A stretch of DNA of 64,000 nt from Octopus vulgaris (lineage: Eukaryota), in the NCBI GenBank assembly GCA_951406725.2, contig OX597815.1, forward strand, positions 71,672,001 to 71,736,000. Direction: 5' to 3'. Shown piece by piece: positions 1 through 12,295 of the stretch. Below the pieces are notes generated by a model. That model searched no databases. It had not been told where the DNA came from and worked only from the letters and a program-made list of their open reading frames with translations. Positions within the stretch are counted from its first letter, which is position 1. Each line of letters begins with the position of its first letter. Both the position numbers and the translations under genes were made by a program.

Positions 1-1214
1 AACCTTTCATAGTGGCATCTCCAAACCTCTCTCTTTGCATCCTCATTTAGCGCAAGTGAGCCATCTTCCATGCGAACACACTTCTCTCCTACCACATCAC
101 GATTCTCTCTCACACACTGTCTTGCAACACGAAACACCTCCAGTCTTTGGTCCTCACGGCGCAGAACATTGGCAAATTTTTTCTTATCTGCTTCCCCTCT
201 GGCTAAATAAACCTGTCTCCTAGCTTCTCTTTTGGCAGTCTGATACAATTCCCTGCTACCCCCATTTTTCCAGACCTTCCAAGCCTGTCTCTTTTCTCTA
301 ATAGCCCTGTCTACAATATTGTTCCACCACCACGTTATTCTAGGTCGAGAGGGGACTTTGCACCAGCCACAGATCTGGTCAGTGGCTCTCAGCAGGTTGT
401 CCCTTAGAAACGTCCAGCTGTCTTCTACCCCCTGTGATGCTCTATCCCCTTCTACTTCGTCAGAGGCTTCAAGTAATATGTCCCTAAATCTCTGTCCATT
501 TGCAGGATCTTTAAGCTTCCAGATCCTTCTTCTCCATATTTGTCGTCTTCTGGTTGTCCTCCTAGTCCTGATCCTAAAGTCACTAACTACCAGTCTATGT
601 TGTGGGGTACATTCTTCACCTGGGAAGGTTTTGGCATTTATAAGCAGCCATCTCTCCCTTTGCCTTGTAAGGATGTAGTCAATTTGGCTGGTATGTTGGC
701 CCGATTGGTAAGTGACTAGGTGGCTGGTAGGTTTCCTGAAGTTAGTGTTGCAAATCATAAGATTATTTGCATCGCAGAACTCCAGCAGCCTGGTTCCCTC
801 CTCGTTGCGGGAGCCATAGCCGTAGCCTCCATGTACGCCATGGAAGCCCCCAGCATGTCGTCCAACGTGACCATTGAAGTCACCAGCCACAAAGATAAGG
901 TCTCTGTCGTTCGTCAATGAGGTAGTCTGCAGTAGAGTGTCATAGAATCGGTCTTTCTGTCCATCGGGTAGCCCCGACTGAGGAGCATAGGCTGATATAA
1001 TGGTTGCTAAACTATGATGAAGCACTAATCTAATCTTAAGTATTCTGTCACTTACTCTGATTACCTCAATTACTTTATCTACCCATTTCTCAGCGATAAG
1101 TATACCCACGCCACCAACCCCGTCAGTATTCCCTGCCCAGAAAATCTTGTACCTGCGTTCCTTGCCTGTGAGGAACCTAGCTGATCCTCCTCTCCACCTT
1201 ATTTCTTGCATGCA
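1..1214 (-). mobile_element. RTE-clade LINE, 5'-truncated; APE endonuclease and linker, ORF continues off the window edge
   Basis: Manual minus-strand translation from 1214 has no stop down to base 3: CMQEIRW..GVGILI..ISAYAPQ..VAGDFNGHVG..NEEGTRLLEFC..TY..SQIDYIL..PQHRLV..TWWWN..WRCHYER. These are RTE-type APE motifs. It is absent from the ORF track, probably because no stop codon falls inside the window. Confidence 0.95.
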
Positions 1215-1600
1215 AAGCTATTACTTCTAGTAAAGAATAAGAAACTTTTTACTTAAAATATTGCAGCTATAATTAAAATTTGAATATTAAAACTTATTTT
1301 ATTATAGTTTACAAATAACACTAATTTAAGTAGAATTTGGTTAATTTACTATCTTGAATGCAGAAAAAAAGTGACTAATTAGACAAACTTACAAATTAGC
1401 TGAATAGTTTTGTACAATAAATTTAAAAGATGAAAAATGTAAAAAGTGATAAATTAGAAGAACTGGCATTCTTTGCTGCAATATTTTAAGTAAAAAGTTT
1501 CTTATTCTTTACTTTACCAGAAGTAATAGCTTGTCCTATACTTTTACAGGTGTAATAACTTGTCCTGTACTTTTCCAGGACAAGTTATTACACCTGTAAG
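1215..1600. mobile_element. MITE-like element with ~55-bp inverted arms and a terminal perfect hairpin
   Basis: 1215-1267 is a near reverse complement of 1475-1532. A perfect 24-bp inverted repeat sits at 1544-1567/1576-1599. Confidence 0.6.
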
Positions 1601-1664
1601 AATATGACTTTTCATGCTTGCATTTTTCCATGTAATGTATATAGTGTGTGTGTGTGTGTGTGTG

Positions 1665-2070
1665 TGTAGCTGTAGAAACTCTGCCAGATCGGATTGGAGC
1701 CTGGTGCAGCCATCTGGTTTGCCAGTCCTCAGTCAAATCGTCCAACTTATGCTAGCATGGAAAGCAGATGTTAAACGATGATGATGATGATATATATATG
1801 TATTTATATGTGTATAAATATATATAGTGTGTGTATACCCATGTATGGACATCATAAGATGGTTGTAAACAAGTATCACCATCATACAAGTGGTGTTGCT
1901 TGTTTCCAGTCCTCTGTGAAACTCATGGGGAAATATTATTTTACTTGAAAACTGGTGAGGGTTGGCAACAGGGAGGGCATCTGGTTCCAGAAAATCTGCT
2001 TCAGCAAATTCCATCTGTGCCATGCAAGCATGGAAATGTAGATGTTAAGAGATGATGATGATGATGATGA
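1665..2070 (+). mobile_element. Two retroposon 3' ends with (GAT)n tails
   Basis: ...atgctagcatggaaagcagatgttaaacgatgatgat and ...catgcaagcatggaaatgtagatgttaagagatgatgat; the same tails recur across the window. Confidence 0.8.
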
Positions 2071-2087
2071 TTGAACACTTAAATATT

Positions 2088-2295
2088 GGTTTCAAATTTT
2101 GGCACAAGGCCAGCAATTCTGGGGAAGAACTAAGTCAATTACATCAACCCCAGTACTCAACTGGTACTTATTTTATTGACCCCAAGAGGATGAAAGATAA
2201 AATCCCCTTTGGCAGAATTTGAACTCAGAATGTAAAAGATGAAATGCAGCTAAACATTTTGCCTGGCATGCAAACGATTTTGCCAGCTTGCTGCC
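2088..2295 (-). mobile_element. tRNA-derived SINE, family M (central gcctttcatcctttcggggtcgataa...agtaccag box)
   Basis: Reverse-strand match to copies at 23655, 23901, 31755 and 37900. Confidence 0.85.
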
Positions 2296-3049
2296 TGATT
2301 GAACACTTGTGTATTGACTGATTGATTAATATGACAAGCAGTTATTAATGAATGAGAAGATTGATTTTTATCACTTAAAGCTATTATTGTCAATGGAAAC
2401 ACCTAATCATATTGCAAGTGTTAGTAATCTCACCTATTGTCTAAGGGATTTCTCCATTTCATTTTCATCAAATTTTTCCATAACCCCACACATATATCTG
2501 GCCCTTTGCCCTTTCTCAACTCATATCTTAATACCTCTTTTCCTTGTTCTCCCTTTCTCAATCTCAGCCATTTTTATTTCTTTTTCCTCCTCATACTGAA
2601 CTTCCTGTCTGATTTCATCTGGTGAATATCTTAGACTGGTGGGTGAAAGTGTGGTTGGTAGAGATATAAAATAAAGACTGTTATGTTTCACACCTTAATC
2701 TATTTCTTTCCTTTTCATTTTTTTTTTTTTTTCTTATTTCAATCTAAAGCTTACCGGTGCTCAATCATGTTAGAATTTTTATGCATATACATACACAAAC
2801 ATACATACAAACACACATACCTACACAAACATATACATATATGCACATATATACATGCATACACATACATACACACATACATGCATGCTTATATTTTCCT
2901 TTATCATTTTGTGAACAGGGAATGGTTGTTTAGTTAAATACTTTATAAAGTCTTGCAATTTTTTCATTTTTCTTTCTTTTCATCTTCCTTCTCTCTCTCT
3001 CTCTCCCCCTCCCCCTCTCTCTAATGGACACATTACATCATTATATATA

Positions 3050-3129
3050 CATTGAGACACTTTGGATTGATATATATATGTATGTATATACCCCAAACAA
3101 ATGGAAACATCTTGTTATCTGTGTTCATT

Positions 3130-3177
<48 letters not shown>

Positions 3178-3179
3178 GT

Positions 3180-3217
<38 letters not shown>

Positions 3218-3398
3218 TTCTGCATTGTGACGCTTTGGATTGATATATATATATATGTATGTATATACCCCAAACAAACGGAAACATCTTTTTATCTGTA
3301 CATTCAGCATTGTGTATGTATGTGTGTGTGTGTATATATATATATATATAAAACATGTGTGTTTGTGTGTGTATACACACATACACACACTGTTCTGC
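3050..3398. repeat. Tandem duplication of a ~175-bp unit containing (TA)n and (CA)n
   Basis: ctttggattgatata...tataccccaaacaaa.ggaaacatctt...ttcagcattgt...ctgttctgc occurs twice. Confidence 0.9.
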
Positions 3399-4071
3399 TG
3401 CACTGATTTTAGTGTCTGTCATTTTCATTGTGAATCCAAACTCCCAAGACCCAAAATACAATCTGGTTAACTGGATAGCTGGATCAAAAACACATCCATC
3501 CAACCTCCCCCAACATCCACCACTATTCCAAGAGCCTCTTTATTACAAAATAAATAGAACCCTTTATTTATTTATTTTTTTTAATATTTCAAAGAAAAGT
3601 CTGAGTAAATTACGTAAGGGAACAGTAGGACATGGCAAAATGGATGAAAGATTGTGGGCGAAGGTGAATGAAGTCTGTCTTTTTGTAACAATTATTTCTC
3701 ATTCCCTCTGTCTCTCTTTCTCTCTCCTTCACTCCCTCTGTCATTCCTTCTTTCTCTCTCTTATTCTCTTCTTGTTCACTCTCCCCCTTTCTCTTTTTCG
3801 TCTTTCACTGCCTTTCTCCCATTCACTGTCTCTTTCACTTCCCCTCTCTCTCTTCTCTTTCCATCAATTTCTCTTCCCCTCTTTTTCTCTTCTCGCTCCA
3901 TCAATTTCTCTTCCTCTTCCTCTCTTTCTCTCTCTTCTCTACCTGCTCCCTTTCACCTCTTTCCTTTTCTCTCTGTCTTTATCTTCTCCCCTAGCCTCTC
4001 TTTCACTCTCTCTTTCCTGCTCCCTCTCTAGCTTCTTTTATCTCATTCTTCTCTCTCTCTCCCTCTCTCTG

Positions 4072-4111
<40 letters not shown>

Positions 4112-4190
4112 TAATTCAAAATCATCATTGCTTTAAGTAAATCTTCTTGAAAAGGCTTCTTGCAAATTATAGAAAAAAGATGTTGAAACA

Positions 4191-4224
<34 letters not shown>

Positions 4225-4930
4225 GAAGACACTATTAATATAGCTTTTTTTTTCTTTTTATTTACACAGAAATTTATTTTTTCCACCAATACCAAGCTTG
4301 TATGGATTTCAGAATTTTTTTTTTTATTTCATTTATTTATAAATTCCTTGTTAGGTTTTTTTCTTTTCAATTTTTCATGTATAATTTTGGAGCTTTTTTT
4401 GTCTGTTTGTTTGTTTGTTGTCTTAATTTTTCAGTATACATCTATATTATTTTTATTACACATATTTAAAAATATTTTCTCTCAAAATTTATTCATTTAC
4501 ACCTTTTCTTTAGATCTTTGCATGTTCTTCATTACAAAATCCTGTATAATAATAATAACAACAATAATAAAAACAACAATAACAGCAAGGATTGCAGTTT
4601 AGAAAAAAAAAAAAGGAAGTGAAAGAAAATGAAATAACTACAAATATTTCTTATATCCATAATGTCATATCCCATATTAAATGGCTTCATGGTTTTTCTT
4701 CACTGCCAACAGCCAACCGACAATGGATGAATATTTCTTTCAGATATTAAACTGCTGTAAAACATTGGGGAGGGTTGGGGTGAGTCCTGTTATATTAGAA
4801 TTTACTCTGCCCGTCAGCAGATTTGATCTGTGTGTGCAAATAGACAAAAAGATTAAAAGAATGAGCAAGAGAGAAGAAACAACTTGGAATAAAACTTTTT
4901 TAAAATATCACTGACCCACAAGCACCATTA

Positions 4931-4980
<50 letters not shown>

Positions 4981-4984
4981 CATT

Positions 4985-5530
4985 CTAGGATAGGTAAAGC
5001 AACGTCAGTATTCTAATGCTTTCATCCAATATGAGCTGGAAAACCATCAGGAAGAAGATAAAGCTGCTGCAATACTCATCTATTGTTATGCCAACAGCCA
5101 TCCATGCCTGTGAAACTGTAGAGAAAACAGCGAAGGCCTCTCAATTGCTGGCCATGTTTTGTCAAAATGGCTTGCATTCAATCCTGGGCATCTCTCTATC
5201 CTGACAGATTGAGAAAGTAAGAAAAATGATAAGAGCTGGCATGGAAAGTTTAAATGGCATGATGACTAAGCAGTGGATACTGTTTACTGGTCATGTGCTT
5301 CAATTACTGCAGGTGAGACATGCCACCATCATGATGGGGTGGATGATGCTGGAAGGAAGACAAAAGATCAAATGGAAGACCAAAGCAAGATGTGGTGTAG
5401 TATGTACTAGGATGACATGATAGCAATGGAATCAGTCTGAGTGAAGCTAAGAGGAAAGCAAGCAATCAAGATGTTTAGAGAAGGCTCATTGCCTGTTGTG
5501 CTGACTGCACTTAAGGATCTAAAAACTAAG
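4985..5530 (+). mobile_element. Degenerate RTE LINE 3' end
   Basis: IGKATSVF..KLLQYSSIVMPTAIHACET..LHSILGIS..RAGMESL..FTGHVLQL matches the post-RT C-terminal region of RTE, with stops and frameshifts. Confidence 0.85.
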
Positions 5531-5554
5531 ATATATAAAAAAAAACAAATAAAT

Positions 5555-5760
5555 AAATAATCCCTAGCTGGTGACCAGAGTGGGGAGGCTGTCCTCTCAA
5601 CCCATATACTGCTATGGGTGCCACTGGATGATGGGCTCTGGTGGATATGTTTTCCATGCTTTCTGATCCAGGGTGCTGGCCTTAACATGCTTTGAAGTCA
5701 AGGTGCTATGATTTCAGGTCTTGCTCAATTTGTTTCACCCACATTTTCTTTGGTGCAGGC
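5555..5760 (-). mobile_element. Degenerate RTE-like LINE extreme 3' end, tail-to-tail with the previous element
   Basis: Minus strand reads PKKMWVKQIEQDLKS*HLDFKAC..DQKAWK, resembling the RTE terminal P.K.W...I..DL...DR..W motif. Confidence 0.6.
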
Positions 5761-6489
5761 ACATACACACATGAGGCAATTATGCCGATAAACAAATTAA
5801 ATACAACAGCTTGGGTTTTATATACAACAAATATGTATGTGTGTGTATATATGCAAACAGAAAGAAAGCTGACAATATATATTGATATTTATATATTAAT
5901 AAATCAAACTTTCCTCTTATAACCACTTTTTACCCTATGGTATCAGTCCCTCATAAAGACATTGGAGTCTAAGTTCAAATCATTTGAGCATTACTAAGTG
6001 TTTTTTTTATAATGAGGATCTCTGGATCTCATCTTTTGACTATATATGTATATGTATGTATGTATGTGTGTATATATATATAGATAGATAGATAGATAGA
6101 TAAACAGACAGACAGACAGACTATTACAACAGGTTTCATACATTTTCCATCTGCCAAATTCTTTCATGAGGACAATAGTGGACAACACTTGCTCAAGGTG
6201 TCATGTAGTGGAACTGAACTTGAAACCAAGTTAGGGAAATGAACTTCTTAACCACTCAGCTATGTGTGTCTCATTCTTATTGTATGCAGTGTGTTTATAT
6301 TACTTTAATCCCTAACCCCTAACTTCTCAATTTACCTTAAAAAAAATTTTACCCTTCTGCCCAGATTTTCTTATTCCTTCTTGTTGAACATTTATTTCAT
6401 TCATAAAATAATTTATAACTCTTTTTTTTTTTTTGCTTTTCTGTCTTTCTCTGTATTAATGATTCCTCTTCTTTTCTTTTATTTTGCAG

Positions 6490-6745
6490 GAAACTTCACT
6501 GATTATCCACCACAGTGTTCATATACTCATATATTAACAGAATAAACACACACACACACATATACACACATATATATAAACACATACACACACACACATA
6601 TAAACATTTTGTTTCATCACTTCCTCTTTCTCTCCCTCACTCTATCTCTATATCTATCTATCTATCAATCTCTCTTTCACTTCCCCTCATGGCAACGGAT
6701 TACATATTTGGAGATTCTGACTCATCTGATACTCAATATAAAAAA
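6490..6745 (+). CDS. Candidate host exon: 5' UTR plus first coding segment MATDYIFGDSDSSDTQYKK (CDS 6689-6745)
   Basis: Long polypyrimidine tract with TTTGCAG acceptor (AG at 6488-6489), ATG with G at +4, 19 open codons, then a phase-0 AA|GTAAGT donor at 6746. No homology recognised. Confidence 0.35.
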
Positions 6746-7071
6746 GTAAGTGAATTATATCATCTTTTTTAGGGAAATTGTCTCTTCACATCTTACTTTC
6801 AGGACAACATCTTACAGTAAATACCACATCTCAGTTCTATAACTTTATATGGCATGCACATGCACACATGATCGTGTGTGTCTGTGTTTATGGGAGTAGC
6901 TTTATAGTATGACAATGATCAAGTAAAGAACCTGTCCAACTTTGTAATTAACTTAAGCAAATTACATCTGTAATTAAAAATATTCCTCTCCCCGCCTCTC
7001 TCTCTCTCTCTCTCTCTCAGAAATCAACTTCCTTCATCTCTTCTTCACATCTGAGATTCTTTAATGTCTAA

Positions 7072-7292
7072 CCCTTTCGTTTCCAACCCACCTGAGACTG
7101 GCTCCTAGTTCTACAATACAAACTTCCTGTTTTAAAGTGACCTAAATTAAAATCTTCCATCAAAAGTTTATGCAAATTTGTTCCATACTCCAGCTTAATA
7201 ATGATAAAGTTATTTCACTAAATTCCTCATTATTTTAAAAATTGATTGAAACCAAAGCAGTGTATATCAACAGAAATATGGTAAGAAAAGGG
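7072..7292. mobile_element. piggyBac-type MITE, family A
   Basis: CCCTTT...AAAGGG termini followed by TTAA. Same family at ~18664-19002, ~32575-32786, 35469-35676 and 42937-43156. Confidence 0.8.
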
Positions 7293-7537
7293 TTAACAAC
7301 ATATTTCGGTTAAAACAAAATGCTAGCTTCAAGTATGCAATGAGGAAAATTTTTCATCATTAGCCTTGCCTATCTGTACCATCCATATTACACAGTATGT
7401 GTATGTCTGTATGTTCTTATTTTCTATAAACAATATTTAATTCTATGTACAGGTTATTTCTATTGTTCACAGTTGACCAATGAATACAATGCATGATGTG
7501 TTCAAAGTGACCAGCTTGAAAGAAAACTAGTTTAAAA

Positions 7538-7758
7538 CCCTTTAGCATTCACATTATTCTGTCAAAAGTAATGCTTATTTAGTCACATTGTTTTGAATTA
7601 ACCATGCATTCTCTTGTAGCTATGAGATTTTTATGAGGTAACTGTTAATTTTTAGAATGATATTTTTGGGTTTGGTGGGAGAGGCTACATCTATCCAGTT
7701 TGAACATAAAGCAGGTAGAGTATTTTGGCCAGATATAGCCAGTTTAAATGCTAAAGGC
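7538..7758. mobile_element. piggyBac-type MITE, family B
   Basis: CCCTTTAGCATT...AATGCTAAAGG termini. Same family at 10573, 27034 and 35927. Confidence 0.8.
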
Positions 7759-8827
7759 ATAATAAACTTGGTACAGAAGCCCCATCAAGAATGATAGTCT
7801 TATTACATAGCTATAAATTCATGTTTAACATTTTTAAAGTTTTGTAGTGAGGATGCTGCTGCTGAGTTTTGAATCCTCACACCCAGGTTCTCCAGTTCAG
7901 AACCACAATCTAATGTTCTGCCATTAAAAAGGCTAGGCTAGTTATGAGAAAGTAAATGTGTCAGCATAAAAGGCTTAACACCTACTTGAAAATGGCACAG
8001 CCGATCAGATCAGCTGGTGTGTAACCCAGTGAGCTGGAATCTTCCTGGTCAAACATTCTAGAAATTCCATTGTGTGTTATAAAAATTTGGGATTTTGGAC
8101 TCCCAAACAGAATTTGAGGTGCTACTGAAAGCTATGTCAGTCAGTTTTGTGATAAGGCATTCTCATCCCTTCTAATTAATTTGTTCTTAATAATTATGAA
8201 CCCTTTGCATTAGTAGTTAACATATACAATGAAAACTTGTACTTATTCCACTTGATATCTTTGGAATGCTGTTCTATTGTATTTATTCAACTGGTATGTG
8301 TGTGTGTGTATAATATATATATATATATGTATGGAAAGGCAATGTTTTAGGTAAATAAAAATATATAAGAACTAATACCAATATTAATGTGGTCATTATG
8401 AATGTAACACAGAGCTCACAAAACATTGTTATTCATCAAATACTCTATAACAACCCTAATACCACACTAAAGTTTAATGACAAAGAGTATATATTTATAG
8501 CAACCAGCATCAGCTCACACATTGAGATGTTTCAACTCTGGGTGTACAACCAATAAGCAATGAAAACTGTAAATGGATTGGCACCAAGTTAAACATTAGA
8601 TGTGAGGAGTTACTGACGAGAATGTCAAATTTGGGGCAAAATATGATTGATTATAGGTCATCAATTGTTAATTACTTTATGATTAATTCATTGTAGAAAC
8701 ATATTGATACTGAGGTTTACATGGGGTAAAAATACTGTATCCAGTGTTTCGAGGTCTGTAGATTGATCTATCTCTTTCCCTTACACATGCATATACACAC
8801 TCACACACACTGCATTTAATTGTATGG

Positions 8828-9260
8828 ACACAGGTGTAGCTGCATTATTAAGAAGTTTACTTCCAGCCACATGGTTTCAGATTCAGTCCTACTGTATAGT
8901 ACTTTGAACAGGTGTCCTCTACTGTAGGTCAAACAAAGCCTTAACATTAGATTTGGCACATGGGAACTATGTGGAAGCTTGTCGTGTATACATACATGTA
9001 TGTATGTGTGTATATTTGCGTTTTTGACTTGACATCATGTGGTAGTTGTAAACAAGTGTCACTGTCATATAAGTAGTATCCTTCATTTCTAATCTTCATT
9101 GACAACATGTCTGGTCAAGGGGAAACATTACCTTACTTGGAAATGGGGGTAGGGTTGGTGACAGAAAAGACATCTAGATGTAAGAAAAAATCTACCTCAG
9201 TAAATTCCGTCCAGCCCATATAAGCATGGAAAAGTGGACATTAAAATGATAATGATGAAT
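8828..9260 (+). mobile_element. tRNA-derived CORE-like SINE: head C, microsatellite, (GAT)n tail
   Basis: Head similar to 46575 and 58425; tail ..ggaaacattaccttacttggaaa..gcatggaaaagtggacattaaaatgat. Confidence 0.8.
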
Positions 9261-10572
9261 GATTACGATGTTTTTTTATCTGTTTCATCATTGCCATTTT
9301 CTTCGACATTGCTCTTCATTGATGTTGTTTCTTCTTCACTATTAGTCATTTTCTTTGTCATTGTTGTTGTTATTGCCCTGTTCTAGAAACTCTATCATAT
9401 CAATTCCTTTACATCAGAACAGCTAGAAATTTTAAATATTTACATTTGAACATTTCCCACTTTCTTTCACGGATATCATAATAACAGTGTAAATGTTTTC
9501 TTTCCATGGTCTTTACATCATATTTCCCTGCTTATTAATACATTCCTTTCCATGTAATTTCCACAGCTTTATATGAATTCTATTTTCCTAGGCTCTCCCA
9601 CCTTAAAATATCAGCTTGTCATTGCTACGTTATATATTATATTACTGTATTTTCTGGCATACAAGATGACATTGTATATAGTGTAAACATGTTGTGTGAA
9701 CATTCAAGCATCATCACTATCTTTCCAAATTCTGCTGCATTTCACATGGAATTTTTGGTCTTCCAAATTTGTCTTGATGTATAAGTCGACCTGCCTTTTT
9801 TTAGCTGTAACTTCTGGTCTGAAAAATTCAATTTGCATGCCAGGAAAAATTATGTCTGAAGCTGTTTCAAGTACCCAAGTATGTCCACATGAATATGATT
9901 GAACCAATCAGCATTGCTGACTAATTGTGATGGAAGCTTCAAGCTTCAAAAGAAGTATACAAGTTTTCTTAGCTAAAGATTCTAGAATGATGATTAAAGT
10001 GGCAAATTCAACCTAACAGAGAGAGAGAGAGAGAGAGAGAGCTCCTAGCTCTCCAAGGAAATCTGTGTTGCTTGCCTCAGTAAGTTGATCTATCTCTCCT
10101 TTCATTTTTGTTACATGCTTATATCATACTCAACAAAAACACCCACCTTAAATTGTAATCCCTATTATTACATATTACTTATGCAGTCACTTAAGTCCCT
10201 TGCACTACTTTTATAATATTAATCAGTAAATAAGAGTCTGAAGATTCCTGACCATTATGTTCATTGGACATTGATCCATTAATTTATTGATTAACTTAGG
10301 ACTTAGATCTGTTGTGAACTCTAGAACTCAGTTTAACCCAGTTTCCATGGCATATAGATTATGGAGATTTCATCATGCCCTTCTGAACAGGATACAGATT
10401 TGTAGCAGGAAAATTATTTAGAGTTGGGTGTGCTGAAGCAATGTAAAATTAAGGGTTTTGCTTAAGAACAGAACCAGTGCAGCATGCTGATTTTAAGGGA
10501 CACATGGGCATATTAGACACACTCCAATTTCAGCACCACATGTTCAGGAAAAATATGTGTTTAGCACATTAA

Positions 10573-10778
10573 CCCTTTAGCATTCAAATTACTCTGTCAA
10601 ATGTAATTGTTACATACTCGAGTTGTTTTGAATTAATCTTGTAGCCTCAAGATGTCGATGATGTGATTGTTTTTAGTATGGCATTGTAGGGTAGATGTGA
10701 AAGGCAGGATCTGACCTTTTTGAATATCAAACAGGTAGAATATTTGGGCTGAATTTGGTCAGTTTAAATGCCAAAGGG
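10573..10778. mobile_element. piggyBac-type MITE family B with TTAA on both sides
   Basis: TTAA|CCCTTTAGCATT...AATGCCAAAGGG|TTAA. Confidence 0.9.
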
Positions 10779-11289
10779 TTAAAGCATGTAGTAATAGGAC
10801 CAACTTTGCATACAAGACCCAGATTGATATATTGAGAAAGTACATCTTATATGCCATTGAGTACAGTGTAAGCTCTTCTTTCTTCATGATCTTACATAAT
10901 CATAATCAACCATTGTTATTTTACAAAGGCTAGCATTGTGCAGATTTCAGTTTCTAGTAAAATCTAATACATTTTTGACTTTTTCATAGAGTATAGTATC
11001 ATCATTGATGTTTACTTTACTTAGCTGCCAGGCTTTCCTCTCTCTCTCTCACACACACATATACATTAAATAATAAGTCTTTGTCCTCACCTCAAGTTTT
11101 TCCCAGTTCCTTTTAATTGAAGTGAACCTACAAAATAAATGTTTAGGGATCTGAATGTTTAACATTCCACAGGCTTTTCTTTAAAGGTCTCTTCACTCCA
11201 TGCTCAAAGCATTAGTCATTACTTCATCGTTCACATACACACACACCAATATACAACTTGACTGTTTTACCTTGAAAGGTTTTAATTTG

Positions 11290-11620
11290 CACAAATTGCT
11301 TCCAGTAGTTATTTTTAAGGCTGGCAATTATTATATCAGTCTCCTTTACCAAACCACTATGTTACTGAGACATAAACAAACCAAGGCCAGGTGTCAAGTA
11401 GTGGTAGAGGTGACATACACAGATGCAGAGATACACACACATATATACATTTATACATACACACAAGCTTCTACACAGTTTCCATCTGGCAAGTTCACTC
11501 ACAACACATTGATCAGACAGAATTTATAGCAGAAGACACTTACCTAAGGCACTGCACAGTGGGACTGGACCCTAAACCACATGATTGCAAAGCAAACCTC
11601 TTAACCACACAGCCATGCAT
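11290..11620 (-). mobile_element. CORE-like SINE, head C plus tail A
   Basis: Reverse-strand similarity to 46575-46970. Confidence 0.8.
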
Positions 11621-12295
11621 GCTGTCTATATTCCTATTCCAGTTTTTGCTGCTTTAAGTTCATCAATGCAATTTCTTTAGATTTCTGTTGACATCACCAT
11701 GTGGTTCATTAAAACTGTTCAGATCTTGTTGCTGACTGGTGTCAATGTTTACTTATTTTGGTTTATTTTGTTTTGTACAAGGTAATTTTTTTTGTGGGTG
11801 TGTTTTTTTTTTTGTATGTTAAGAAATAATCTTCAGTAAGAGGGACACAAACAAACAAAAATATAAAAGAATATATAACAAAATATGTAACAAAATAAAA
11901 AATATATAAATAAATAATATTTAACAAAAATAATGAATATATAAAAACATAAAAGAATGACAAAAAGAAATGGAAGGAAATCTTTAATCAATATTATGTT
12001 ATTTCAATCGATCAAATATTCAAATTATTTCATTTAAATCACTTTATATCTGTTTACTTAGCAAATATCTTGGAAAATTTAAGATTTACTTCCTTGGGTC
12101 ATTTATTTCTTTTTCTTTTTTTTTTATCGATGTAAATAAGTCTTTGGAAAACTTGTTGCTTTTGGAGATAAATTCTTGCTCAGTCTATATTTGTGGTTTG
12201 GTATATAAAAGACCACACTATAGCCATCCCCATTTACTATGGGGGTTGTTGATTAAAAAAAAACAGCAGTAAATGAACCATCTCTATGCACTTCA

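Noticed and set aside
35-920. Plus-strand ORFs at the window start
   Set aside because: Antisense shadows of the RTE ORF.
3355-4140. 261-aa ORF, the longest in the track
   Set aside because: Mostly a translation of CT-rich and (CA)n low-complexity DNA; no recognisable domain.
9704-10012. Minus-strand 67-aa ORF and an upstream CT-tract/TTAG acceptor
   Set aside because: The frame after the acceptor stops in 34 codons, and I recognised no motif or donor.
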